Assembly: GCF_000143415.4 (NCBI RefSeq)
Contig: NW_003314272.1
Span: forward strand, 2,009,728-2,073,727
DNA from: Selaginella moellendorffii
Taxonomy: Eukaryota; Plantae; Lycopodiophyta
DNA length: 64,000 nucleotides
Direction of reading: 5' to 3'
Under the pieces are notes generated by a model that saw only the letters and a program-made list of their open reading frames with translations, was not told the DNA's origin and ran no database searches. Shown piece after piece: positions 13,406 through 25,396 of the stretch (position 1 is the stretch's first letter; each line of letters begins with the position of its first letter). A program made the position numbers and the translations under genes.

Positions 13406-14977
13406 CCGTTGATGAATAGAAAGATTCTAGTCTCTCTCGGTTACAGCCTAAATACAACGTCAGGGAATCACGCTATTGTTTTTGTAGATAGCATGTGCGT
13501 GGAAAGAGCGAATCAAATCAAGAGGCTGGAGATGGGGGATCGAACCCGTACTAAGCCCTCTAGCGTACGTCGTGTCAGCGCCCGTACGTCCCACCACTGA
13601 AACGTTGTCTTCTCAAAAAGCTGGCGAGAAAGGAATCCCAATGGAAGTGTTACACTGTTCTTTTGATTTCTTCCTTGTAAATTATTTGGGAGCATGGTCA
13701 ATCCTTGTGATGAACGCCAGGTGGAACTTTCATGGAAGTAAAGTGATCGATCAGAGCTCCAATGCCAAGCAACACATGATCTCAAGGGTGAAAAGAAGAT
13801 TCAAAGTGGAGACATTGTGGGTGGTGTTCATGTTATCGACTGTGATCGATTTAATCGGTGGATCTTTCCCTCTCTTTTACTTTGTCCCACAAAAGTTGTT
13901 GCCTCTCATATCATGCATTCATATAATTCGTGGGACAAGGCATCCCTCCATCGTGGCTGCCACCTTTTTCTATAAAGACCACAGACGATAGTTTATATGC
14001 ACACACACTGATTGCATGTTGGGATGGTGGTGGCGGTCTTGTTGACAAGCAACAGCACCACCCCAAGTGCAAGGCTGGCTGGCTGAGATCTGATTCTATG
14101 ATCTTCTTGGCCAAAAATTATTGTCAAATCCATCAGTCAAATGGATAGAAAACTCCACTATAGAACAACCCACACGCATTGTTTGCTATTTTTCTAGAGA
14201 TTTTGGAGTTTAATGTCCCGTCACCAAGTGCTCCTTGCCAAGTGCCCCATGAACAACTGTAGAAGAGATCTCAGGTCTTCTCCTTTTGAGAAACTCTTAT
14301 GAAATTCGCGGCTCCTCTGGGCACTGTGAGTCGGGCAGGGAGCACTGGCTCATTGTGTCAATCACGCACACTTTCCTCTGGTGGTTGAGGCGATTGATTG
14401 GAGTGGAGTGTGTTCCTAGGGGACTGGAGAATTTTTGTCACGGATCGATCGAGACGTTTAGATCTCGTGTCCGGTTGGAACGAGGTGATCGAAGCTTGGA
14501 CAAATGGCTCGAAATTGCTTGCTGTCCCCAAGGCTTTTCAACTATTTATTACAAGGAAGCCGTCCCCCGGCGAGACCCGCCAAAATCGGGAAATTTCTGT
14601 GAGCTAGAGGAGAAAGCCTTTGTGTCGCTGTCAAGGGTGGATCATCTGCATCGTCCTCGTCTCCATCTTCACCAGATCAAAACAAAACAGCCCACGAGAT
14701 CAAGCGAATGCTTTGTGAGTGATTCCAAGCGACAAATGTTTGATCTTGCATTGTGTTAATGACCACTAGCAACATGGATCTTGTATTAAAATACTCGAAG
14801 GCCATTCTGAGGTCTACATTCTCTCTAGAGGAAAGTTCGCCACCTTTTTCCTCTAGTCGTCCAAACGAAAGAATCAACCACGCCACTGTGGCCATTGACG
14901 TACTGTAGACGTATCGGCTTATGCGGCCTATGCGGCCTTTTCAAGCTCATACATTCTTGGTCGCTTTTGTAGAATTT

Positions 14978-15486
14978 CTACATGAGCGCACAGTTTGAGG
15001 GCTGGTCCTTGACAACAACAAGCTTGATCCCGGGCTGATCTTCCTTGATCGTGAACTTCAGCCCAGCGGCGGCAGCAGAGGCGGCGGCGGACTTGGACTT
15101 GGAGCTCTCCTTCCAAGGCTCTGCGATCTTTCCAAGCTTTCCGATTTTCTTGACGATTTCTTTCTCCTCCACTGTTCCCGTGACGGTCACTTTGTTCTTC
15201 TCCAGGTCCGTGTCGATCCTCGAAACACCTGATCAAAAGAAAAGTTTTCCAAGAGCTCTACGAGTGAAAGAAAAATTTGGACAGTGAAACCTCGCATTTG
15301 GGTGAGGCTTGAAAGGATCTTTTGCACGCATTTTTTGCAGTGAAGTCCCACCTTGAGCTCTATGACCTTGATCCAGCAGAAAAATATAAAATTAAGAATC
15401 GACTATATTTGCTATACCTTTGTTGGCTTCACTTCGATCTCTGGCTTCTTCTTATCGCCATCCTTTTTCTTCTTGTCCGATCCCAT
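14978..15486 (-). CDS. Heavy-metal-associated isoprenylated plant protein (HIPP), 3 exons
   Basis: Spliced MGSDKKKK..KPTK|VIELKVGLHCKKCVQKILSSLTQMR|GVSRIDTDLEKNKVTVTGTVEEKEIVKKI..PSNCALM*: HMA CxxC plus C-terminal CaaX (CALM). Confidence 0.88.
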
Positions 15487-16466
15487 TGGACGCTCCCCTC
15501 AAGTTTGTTATCCCGGAACTCTGGAGAGAATGACCCCCATTGAAAGACTTTATAAAATGGCAAGAACTGTGTCGACCGGGTCAATCGGAGCGTGCAACGA
15601 AGCTTCAAATGTTCTGCCTCCTCATTTAGAGGCCCTGTAGTAAAAAACAACGGATTAAGCTGATAATAATCTCTTCCCTTAACGCAAGCTTTTTCATCAA
15701 CCTTCCACTTTAGCTTTCAAGAAAGAAAAGAAAATGAAGAAATGGGCATCCCATCATCTTCATCTTCCTTGCGCTGGAAGGGAAACCAATCCATTCTCGC
15801 AAGTCTATGAGACGTCCTTGGAAGGTTTTCCCGGGAGAAAGAGAGAGAAATGGAAGAAGATGATGAAGATCGCCTGGCCCTCATCCCACCCCCAGCGACG
15901 AGCAGCTCCGCTACATAGGCCGCCTCATGCAGTGCAAGCGCTACCACGTCTCCAAGCCCGACCTTCTTCCTCACGAGCTCAACGATAAGCTGGGCCACGA
16001 GCAGGACAAGTACCTCAAGGTGGGCACCCGCGACCGCCTCCAAGCCTGCATGCGCATCGCCGCCAAGCTCCTCCAGGTGGTGGATTTGCTCAATGTACGT
16101 TCAAGTCAGTTTTTACTTTGTTGACCCGAGTCCACGCGAAATGTTCGTCCACTCGACGCAACCCAGACTTCCTGGTCAAGGAGTCAATTCAATGGTAGGA
16201 TCCAGTCAAACTTTGCAATGTAGAAATTGGTGGCCAGGCGTGACGATCAAGGATGGAAGTTGTGATCTAGTTCTGGAGCAGGGAAGGTTCTATTGCTTTG
16301 TCGTTTGGACCTTTTTGTCTTTCTTTCGATCGAGTCGTGTAGCGTCCGGTCAAGCGCCTGTGTCAAAGGTTTTGATTTGGTCTCAGTCTCGTCAACTTTG
16401 CGATGTGGGAATTGTCTGGTTCCATACAAGGATAAGTTTCATGATGCATTCTCTGGCGGCACGAAA

Positions 16467-16895
16467 ATGTCTCAGGTGGGTTCTCTTTGCAAAGTTGCGA
16501 GTTTCTTTCATGGCTGCTCAATTGATTACAAGTTTTTCGTGCGCCAGATGGTCTCTCTGCGAGTGAACTTGGATTGCTCGGCTTGCAGGAGGAGGATGCA
16601 CAAGCTGCTCTCCACAATGCGAGGTACACATACGGAATCATGAAACCCTACTCTTGAATTCATGGAATTCCTGGTCTTTCTAGGAGTGGAAATGGTCGAG
16701 ATTGATGTGCCCGAGCACAGGGTGATTGTCCGCGGGGAGGTCACAGAGAACGAGGTGTTGAGGGCAGCGAGGAAACTTAAGAACAACGTTACCACTTGGG
16801 AGCCGCCAGTGGAACAGGAAGAGAAACTAAAGAGACCCCTTGTTGACCGGCATTTGACTGGACCAAGTCAAGTGCTAAGATTTACTAGATGTTAA
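16467..16895 (+). CDS. HMA-domain protein (HPP type, no canonical CaaX); 5' extent uncertain
   Basis: MSQ|MVSLRVNLDCSACRRRMHKLLSTMR|GVEMVEIDVPEHRVIVRGEVTENEVLRAARKLK..RFTRC*; same intron position inside the HMA domain as its neighbours. Confidence 0.78.
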
Positions 16896-17444
16896 ACGTG
16901 TTCTTGTTCGTTCCTGTCAACTTCCACCTTTTTCCATAGAATCCACTTTTGCATATCCCGTATTTCAAACTGGCGGAGCGAATCCGCTAAGTCTTATCAA
17001 GAGAAATGAAAGGAATCCCACGAAGAAGGTGGCGGCGATGGTGGCGAGAGAGAAAGAATTGCTGTGAGCTACAAAGTTCTCGACTCGATGATTCCAGATT
17101 TAATGGCGGCCACGCGAGGCTCTCCTCTCCATGGTGGGAATGATGAGGGGCATCTATCTTCTCCATCTTGTTGATGGCTGGATGGAAAAATCCTGGAGGG
17201 AAATTCTACTCGATTGCACTGGAATCGATCTGGGCGCGAAAAGCTACTTGCGCGAAAGAATTCCACCGATGCCATACCTTTGATTGATTGATATATGGTC
17301 AAAAAGAGAAGGTCGATCCGATCAAAACAAACAAGACGAAGAACTCTCCTGTACAGATGAAACCACACCTAGACCAAAGCCGGCGTAAGAAAGCCCATCA
17401 CTGGATCTATCGATCCATCGGAGTGAATCCGAGACGATCCACGA

Positions 17445-18296
17445 TCACATAATGCTACAATTGTTGTTGGGATTGTCGTCGCTGAAAACGTAGGTGAAGT
17501 CGTTGTGGGCGATCCTGGTGATCATCAACTGGTGCTCGTCTTTCTTGCCCGACGATTTGCCGCCATCGCCGTCTTTCTTGTCGTCCTTCTTGGAGCCTCC
17601 CTCGTCCTTCTTCTTGCTTGACGAATCGTCGCCCTTGTCCTTCTTCGATTTCTCGTCCTTGCTCTTGTCGTCCTTCTTCTCCTTGGGCTCGAGCATCTCG
17701 ACGTGCTTGCCTGTCTTCTGGACCCTCTTGAGCACCTTCTTGGGCTCGACGTGGCCCACGACCGTCACCTTGCCGGATTTCTCATCCACAGTGATGGAAG
17801 TCACGCCTGCGAGAGAGACGAGTTCCAATGTTCGATCATGTGGATGTCAAGAAGTTGATCGATTACCTTTGAGGGTCGCCACCGATTTCTTGACTCGCTT
17901 CACGCAATTGTCGCAGTGGAACTGGAGCTTGAGCACTGTGGTCTGCCAAGCGGAAGAAAGATTTCGTCAGCACTACTGGCAGAGCGGCGATGACGATGGA
18001 TGAACAGGGAGAAGAAAACAGAGCAAGGAAAGAGCCAAGTTTGAATGCGTCAATGCGAGCAATCGATTGATCCAGGCTACGCTAAGAAGAACAAGAAGAA
18101 CAAGAATCGATGAGTGCGAGGAAGATCAAAAGCTTAAGAAGAGAAAACTCCTTTCGATTCGAGACGCGCTGTATGAATTCTTCCCGGAAATGCAAATGAT
18201 CGAGAGGGAGAGAGAGGAGGCATAAGAACGCACTACCTGTGGCTTCTTCTCCTCCTTTTTCTTGTCGTCCTTCTCGCCCTTGCCATCCGACCCCAT
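17445..18296 (-). CDS. Heavy-metal-associated isoprenylated plant protein (HIPP), 3 exons
   Basis: MGSDGKGEKDDKKKEEKKPQ|TTVLKLQFHCDNCVKRVKKSVATLK|GVTSITVDEKSGKVTVVGHVEPKKVLKRVQKTGK..FSDDNPNNNCSIM*: HMA CxxC and canonical FSDDNPN-CaaX tail. Confidence 0.92.
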
Positions 18297-18723
18297 CTCC
18301 AGCCGGAGAGCGCGGAGATAGAATCGCCCACAAAGCGCGCGGGCGAAACAATGGTCGATCAAGCAAGCAAGAAAGAGAAACCCACGCGGAGCTGGGAGGA
18401 TCAAGCACGGACAGGGAGATTTGCTGACCGATAACGCTCCAAATTCTCTAGGCTAGGGGCGGGGCCGAGCTCTCGACTCTTCTTCCTCTCTATCTTTCCC
18501 TCCTCTTTCTTATGCGTGAAGAAACAAACGCGTATGGCTACTGTTTGAGTCGTCGTCCTCGGTCTAACAAAGCACGCTCTGTTGTGAGTCGTTATCACGT
18601 GGTCAAATCGTGATAAGAATGCCGCGCGGTACGCAGGGCTGTACACCGCGCGGTACCGGCAGTTTAAAGTGGTACTGCCGCTCAGGGTTTAGGGTTTACG
18701 TGTGGATAAGGTACTTCCCACCT

Positions 18724-20168
18724 ATGGCGATGGCGTCGCGCTGCGCGCTCGACAGGATCAAATGTGGGAGGGATTTGTCCTGCACTGCCACCGATTCGCA
18801 TGCGGCGCCCATGGCTCTGGCGTCTGCGGCGCTCAATGCGCTCTTCTCGTACAAGCCCTTCTTCAAGCTCGCGGCGGGCAAGGCGCGGGGGATGATTGTC
18901 GAGCGGGGCGAGAAGATTGGCTACCCGTGGGAGCCGGAGCTCGCCAGGCTCAGGGAGAATGACTGGGAATCGGAGCTCCTGGCCGTCCGGGACGTGAATT
19001 TAGAGTACCCAGAGGTATGTATAGTCTCAAAACTCTCATGGTTCTTTATTGTCTTTCATTGATATCTTCTATCCATTTGTTTGATCTTTCGACTTCCTGC
19101 ATTGTTCTTTCGTGATGGTCTAACGATTGTTTCTTTGTTTTCAACTCGGCAGTATTATTTGAAGCCTTTTCACGCGTACGATAATGGGAACTTGTCATGG
19201 GACGCTGCCTTGGAGGTTGATCTCGCGGCCAAATCCGTCCATGCCAATGTCTTCGATCCAGAGGCAACGTCTGTTCTTTTCTTTCCACTTTGTTCGTGAA
19301 AAGCTGAGGGTTGGAGGCGCTAACTTTGCAGAGGAAAAAGCTCGATCCTGACGGGGATGTAAAGCTGCGTGATTCTTATCACCAAAAGATGCTACCAATG
19401 CTGCGTGTTTCACCGGGAGACGTGCTGGATGTTGGCTGTGCGACTGGGCTCAGTACGTTTGGACTCCACAAGGTTTTAGCTTGCTCTCTATTTGGTTTTC
19501 TATACGTATTTGTTATTTCTTTCTGGTTTTTATAGGTGTTTCCTCAAGCACAAGTCGTGGGAGTTGACATGTCACCGTATTTTGTGTCCGTGGCAAACTA
19601 CAAGCTCAGGGAAGCTTCAAAAGCCTCGGTATGCTTTTGTTGATCTCTTTTGCCGTTTTAACTTTGTACTTGTGTAGGATCGAAAGCTTCCTTTGCAGTT
19701 CGTTCATTCTGCGGGAGAATTCACGGGTCTTCCTGACAAAAGCTTCGATCTTGTCTCGATTTGCCTAGTCTGCCACGAACTTCCAAGGAACGCAACTAAA
19801 CAGGTAGAGACTGTGTTCATGTCGATCTAAAGTTTGCTGGACCTACCGATATTTGCAGGTCGTCGAAGAAGCAAACAGAGTCTTGCGGATCGGAGGAGCA
19901 TTGTCGATAATGGAAATGAATCCATACTCGGCATCGCTTCAAAGAATGGTGAATAACATATTTGCTTTCACTGCGGTACGCGAGTATGATCTTGACGCAT
20001 CAAAACTACTAACTGTCTTCGTGTCCACAGTTTAAAGCAACCGAGCCTTACTTCGATGACTATCGAACGTTTAAGATCGAAGAAGCCATTCAAGACTGCG
20101 GCTTTAGCTTCCCGGCTCAAGTGGAAAGCTCCCCGAATCACAGAACTATGGTTGCGCACAAGGTTTGA
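18724..20168 (+). CDS. Class I SAM-dependent methyltransferase (type 11-like, probably plastid-targeted), multi-exon
   Basis: YYLKPFHAYDNGNLSW, SAM motif VLDVGCATGLST, VGVDMSPYF, SFDLVSICLVCHELP, EANRVLRIGG. Confidence 0.85.
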
Positions 20169-20256
20169 ATCCATTCTCGGTCAGCCAAAAGATTGGCACG
20201 AGAAAAAAAACTTGCCTTTAAAACTAAAACCAGTTAGACAACTCTCAAAACCATTC

Positions 20257-22046
20257 TTATTTCCGGAACAAGGCTACAGCCAGTGCTACTAGGATTGGGA
20301 CTAGAATCCCAAACAATGCACTTATCAGCGAAACTAACTTGCTCTTGGCCTCGCCTTTGGGAGAAATCTTCAACGTTTTGGAATCAGCCGGAGTGGGAGT
20401 GAAGAATTTTTCAGACTGGAGAATGTCACCAGGCAGTTCCTGCCCAAAGAGGTATGTGTATCGCTCTCTAATTTCCTGCAAAGAAAGGAGCATTGGTGAG
20501 GAAGAAACGAGCATTGTTTTCTACCTTGTCAGTCTCGCTGGGTAGCAGATAATCGCAAATCAGAAGTTCATTCCATGGTAGTAAAACTCTCCTGGGAAGA
20601 ATAAACTCCGCTCTGTCTTGGCTGTTTATAAAGCGAGATTTAACTCAGGTTCTCTCAAGAAAGAAAATGAGAAGACAGTGATCTTACTGACCTGCAATGT
20701 GATAGAAGTGATAGAGGCGCTTGCTCGGCCGATTGTTGCTCTGCTTCTTCACAAAGGATGTCGATCCTATTGCGTAGGCTGGCGATTATATCTTCCTGTT
20801 GATACGAGTTTATATAACACGAGAGCGCGATCAACATGTACCTTGATAGCATCAATTGCCATAGACGCAGGCTCGCGAGGAAATCCGTAAGCTCGAGCAT
20901 CGACAGATCCTTTGAAGTTTACGTTTCCCGTTACGATCGCCGGGTTATCACCTGCAACAGAAAAGCCATATAAGTTGGCCACAAGGAAATAGTAAAGGAA
21001 GGAGACCTTGGACAACTTCTTTGTTGTTAAATGGAAGAAGAAGCTGGACATCCCCCGAGTAGTTCTCTCCTTCTTGCTAGCAGCAGGGAAGCAAAGAGAT
21101 AAAACAAAGTCGATCGTGACGAGAAGTTTAAGGCCTTACGAGTGCGTTATTGATGAGCACCTCGGCAGATTGGATGACTTTAATCTCCGAGGCTGTCCAT
21201 GAAAGCAATTTGTTTTTGAATGTGTCAGCTTGAGCTGCGGAACGAACTGGTATGCTAGAAATAGAAATGAAACAAAAAAAAAGTGCGTTTATACTTCACA
21301 CGACTAGAAACGCACCTTGCATCAAACGAATACGTGCACGTCAAGCTCTGCAGATTTGTCGAAATCTTTGCCAGCTTCCACTCGCAAGGCTTTAGTGAAG
21401 AACTTCCATTCGGCTCCACTGTGCATACTTTACAAGCCAGCCTATCCAAAAAAGCATATAAAGATGGTGTTGCGTAGAAAAACATTTCCGACCTTCTTGG
21501 GCTTGTAGATATCTGTAAGACAAAGCGCTCCTGCGCAGAGATCGAAGTGGCAGCGTCCACAGCATTTGAGACCTGCCGAGAGAAAAAAAACATAAAAACC
21601 ATAGCAAGAGCTCAAGAAATCTTACCTGACAAAGAATAGCAGTCGATTGCTTGAAGGCGCTGTCTGGAGCAAGGCAATACAGTCCAACCACACTTAATCC
21701 TCCTAAAAGCATTCTAGAGACCTGGCAGAGAAAATGTGGTAGCTGAATGAAGGAAGGAAAGTAAAATTGGTACCTGTCTAGCATGCTCCGCTACCCATTC
21801 AGCATCAATCGAGAGCGCCATGGATCCAGCTCCAGATCGCGACCGAGATTGATTGCCGGATGACGAGAGAAGCACTGCCGCATCGCCTCCATCTTCCTTG
21901 ACGGGCGTCTGCACCAATCCCACCACAAAATCCCTCCCGCCGGAGCCCAGCCTGCCGATCAAGAGCCCTAGAGCTACTGCCCGGCCCGCCGCAACGATTG
22001 AATCCACGGCGCCGTCGAGCGCCTCGTCTCCCACCACAGTCCTCAT
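20257..22046 (-). CDS. ODR-4-like ER membrane protein, multi-exon
   Basis: N-terminus MRTVVGDE..GLLIGRL..RDFVVGLVQTP..IDAEWVAEHARQVSRMLLGGLSVVGLY; 'AIDAIK|EDIIASLRNRIDILCEE'; C-terminal transmembrane anchor LISALFGILVPILVALAVALFRK. Confidence 0.85.
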
Positions 22047-22192
22047 CAGGGGGAGGATATTCGTTTAGGGCAAAGCATTTGCCCTTTTTGCCCTAGGATA
22101 ACGAATCTTATTTGCCCGGGAAAGTAGTATGTTTAAAATGGTGCCCATCCATTGCACGATCGATTTTGCCCTGCCCTAGAGGAGGAGGAGCG

Positions 22193-24044
22193 ATGGGCGT
22201 GGATCGGAATTCCAGCCGCAGTGCCGTGGCGCGGGGATCGCCATCGCCGAGAGCCGCCACGGCCGCAGCGGCAGCGGCTGCTGGGGGATTGGCGCCGCCC
22301 GTGGCGATGAGCGGCGGCCCTCCTCTCAATCTCATGTTTGATCCTCGGGTAGTGCGTGGTCCGACCTACAGTAAGATGAAGGTACGCGGATCTTCTCTCA
22401 TCTCTCGAGATTTCTTCCTCAAGGTCATTGTTTCTTTAGACTGGATTCAAAGCTGAGCCTCCTCCCCCAGAGAGGAAGGCCGCCAAGAAGAAAAGAAAAG
22501 TTCCTGCTTACAGTACCACACCTCCTACGATCGATGGAAGAAAAAACATGGACATCCAGGTGAGTGTTAGATAGCGGTGGAACACAGCTCATTCGATTTT
22601 TCTTTTTTATTCTTCTAGAACATAAAACACAAGAACTTAAGAACTGGAAGCTATGAGCCAATCACGAACCTGGTGTGGTGATGCGCAGACAGATGTCTAT
22701 CTGGAGGAGCTAGTTGACAGGATTCCAGAGTATGACATTGATACTCAAACTGATCCGTTCTTGGACAGACCAGCCACTCCGCTTTTTATTCCACAGAAGC
22801 CAGGTCCGGATATCGGGACACAGGTAATGCGTGAGCTTAGCTTTTATCCCTTTTAACAGTTTGTTTTCGAATGGCTTGTTCCATTTCCAGATCGAAGAAG
22901 GAGACCTCTTTAATTTCGATGAGGAGGTTGAGCCAATGCTTGAGGTGTTGGTAGGCAGGACCGTCGAGCAGGCATGGATGGAAGTAACGGAAGAACGGCA
23001 GCTTGCCGAGTTGCACAAGCACCAGGTTGGCGCTTTAATAACCACGTTGCCTTTTGCATTTTAAAGCTTTGAGCCGTGGGAGTTTCAGGATCATTTCGAG
23101 AAAATCCGTGCGGCAGAACTGGTTGCGACACAGAGAATGGAGTTCTCTGAATGGAGAAAGATTGAAGAAAAGAAGAGACGTGTTGAGCAAGAAAAGAAAC
23201 GGCTTGAAGAAGAACGGAAACTGAAGGAGCTAGTAAGTTTCAAATCCATGTGACGACTAAAGCTTGATGCTTATGCGTGTGCTCTTGCAGATTGAAACTC
23301 AAAACTTTGCAAGGGAGTATTTGAAGAAGATGACAGACTCCGTGCTTTCGTACCTTGAATCTGAGGACTACTTCTATGACCCTGTTGAACGAGAGGTGAG
23401 TTTTTATTTTATTTCCTCTCGGGAGTGTAGCAATGCCCTGCAGGTTGAGAACTATTTTATGCCAATGCTGGCGGAAAACATGGAGAGGGAGTTGGAGAAG
23501 ATTGTTTGCGCTCGAAATACATTGCACTGTGTGGTATGCAAATTGGGATGTTTAAACTGTAGATGACTTCGCTCACGCATCTATGCAGGTGGAGGCTGCC
23601 ACGATTTCCCAAGAGTCGAGGGCATTGAATGTTGTTAGCGCCATGGTCAACACAATCATTATGTCCGTGGAGTCCTACATGACGGAAGTTGCTACAGCTG
23701 ATTCCGCTGATTATGTGAGGGACGTGCTGGACATAGTCGAGCAGACTACAAGAGAGCTGACAGCAAGCTCGACGACATTCTTCTGCGACTTCCTGCGCTA
23801 CTTCGAGTCGGTTGAGATGCAAGTGGTGTACGAAGTCCGGACCATGCTGAGAAGGGTGATTACGAGACACGAAGAAGAGGAACAGGTGGCGGTGGAAGTC
23901 GGGGCGATTTTCCGGAGGGTGGTAGAGCAGAACACCGAGCCCCCGCCAGCACCTCCTCCAGAGCCAGCTGCGGCACCGCCGCCACCACCGGCAGAGGGTG
24001 AAGAAGCTCCAGCAGAAGGTGGAGGCCAAACAGCAGCGGAATAG
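22193..24044 (+). CDS. RSP3: Flagellar radial spoke protein 3, multi-exon
   Basis: NLMFDPRVVRGPTY, QTDVYLEELVD, TQTDPFLDRPATPLFIPQKPGPDIGTQIEEGDLFNFDEEVEPMLEVLVGRTVEQA, FEKIRAAELVATQRME, YFYDPVERE: diagnostic RSP3 blocks. Confidence 0.93.
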
Positions 24045-24418
24045 GATACGGGGGATTATGACAAGGTGGCCAGATTGTAAACACGCTTTCGTTTTTGGTG
24101 GAATGCTGGTTTTCTATCAGTTTTAATTCCTTTTTACAACTTGCTCCTCACATTCTTTCTAAAAAACACTAGTAGTAAATTGTTCTGTTTTGTTTTTATT
24201 CGGTTGTTAAGTTTAAAATACAGAGGCGAAAATATTTCTAGACTACAAGTCTTATATCACGAATTCTTTCTAGGCAATACATCGAAGCTCATATCAATCT
24301 CTAGAATTGTATGCGTCCGCTGGTTGTGCGATCCCTGTTGTAGGGCTCCACAACAGCTATAGCTCTAGAGAGGATTCTGCATCTTTTTACTCCATAGCTA
24401 TTTTTGGAATCAAAGGTA

Positions 24419-25396
24419 TTAAGTACGTAGTTTATTTGCAAAGTATTGAGGAAACTTTTGATAAACCCTATTTGCTTCTCCGATCATACAGGCATGTTGA
24501 AGACACTTCAGAACACCAACGCATGTGTCACGGTCAGGGTCATCCACGAGGAAAAACGAACGTAGAAGAACCGGAGGAACTCTGTCACCGTATAAGTAAG
24601 GACGTTTGAATAAACTCCTACAACAATGGGGAAAAGCCCGACCACAAATGCTTGAATTCACCACACCCTCAAACAAATATTTTGAATCGCTGCGTCCAAT
24701 GAATGCCTCTATAACAGTTGCAGTCTTTGCGTCGGTGCGATCTCCAAATTCCATGAGCAAGGCGACAGCCTCGGAGACCTGTGCCTTGTCTTGAAGAAAT
24801 CTCCGCATACATGGGACGACATCCAGGCTATCAACCGGGACATTCTTGAGCTTCGCTTCTTTGACAATCACCATTGCTCTGCTAAAACCGTTGACATTAA
24901 GCACTTCGTTGTAGCAACCTGGCGTTGCTCCAGCCTCACACTCCTCTGCCATTGCAAGAAACAGATCATATGCCTCTTTGGGTGATGAACTCCACTCAAG
25001 GATTGCTTTCTCGAACACCCTAACACTGCGTTTGTACCCAAGGGCCTTCATTCGCCCAAGTAGATCCCTCTTCACATAATCTTTTCTTCCGTGTGGTAAT
25101 TTCGGTTGCAATCCAAGCAACACCAATTCAAACGTTTCACCATCGCAGTTCTCGTCGAGCAGATCCGAGGCTGTGACGATGCAATCTAATTCCACTAGCT
25201 TCCTTACCATCTGTTGGCGACAAAACCTTTTGCCTGTGACCTCGTCAAATCTAATGAGATCCTCAAGCGCCAGATGACCGTATTCCAACACCAGGAAAAA
25301 GACCATATCCAATCGTGCATGCTTGGCTCTCTTTGCTTCCATAGCTAGAATACTAGGGTAAATGGACTCTATACTTTTAAGGACTTTGAAATCCAA
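24419..25396 (-). CDS. Hypothetical helical-repeat protein with degenerate PPR-like motifs; possibly a fragment of a larger gene or pseudogene
   Basis: 325-codon open frame with PPR-like segments (PKEAYDLFLAMAEE, TPGCYNEVLNVNGFSRAMVIVKEAK, PDRDTCVGVLKCLQHACMIGEANRVYQKF). The ORF-track start is TTG; first in-frame ATG is further in. Confidence 0.45.
   Translation of the reverse strand: MDFKVLKSIESIYPSILAMEAKRAKHARLDMVFFLVLEYGHLALEDLIRFDEVTGKRFCRQQMVRKLVELDCIVTASDLLDENCDGETFELVLLGLQPKLPHGRKDYVKRDLLGRMKALGYKRSVRVFEKAILEWSSSPKEAYDLFLAMAEECEAGATPGCYNEVLNVNGFSRAMVIVKEAKLKNVPVDSLDVVPCMRRFLQDKAQVSEAVALLMEFGDRTDAKTATVIEAFIGRSDSKYLFEGVVNSSICGRAFPHCCRSLFKRPYLYGDRVPPVLLRSFFLVDDPDRDTCVGVLKCLQHACMIGEANRVYQKFPQYFANKLRT

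Noticed and set aside
14286-14759. 157-aa ORF and a small hairpin near 14020-14066
   Set aside because: TTG start and no family features; the hairpin is short and matches no miRNA I recognise.
22088-22103. X-box-like ttgccctaggataac upstream of RSP3
   Set aside because: Imperfect match, and RFX factors are not known in plants; probably chance.
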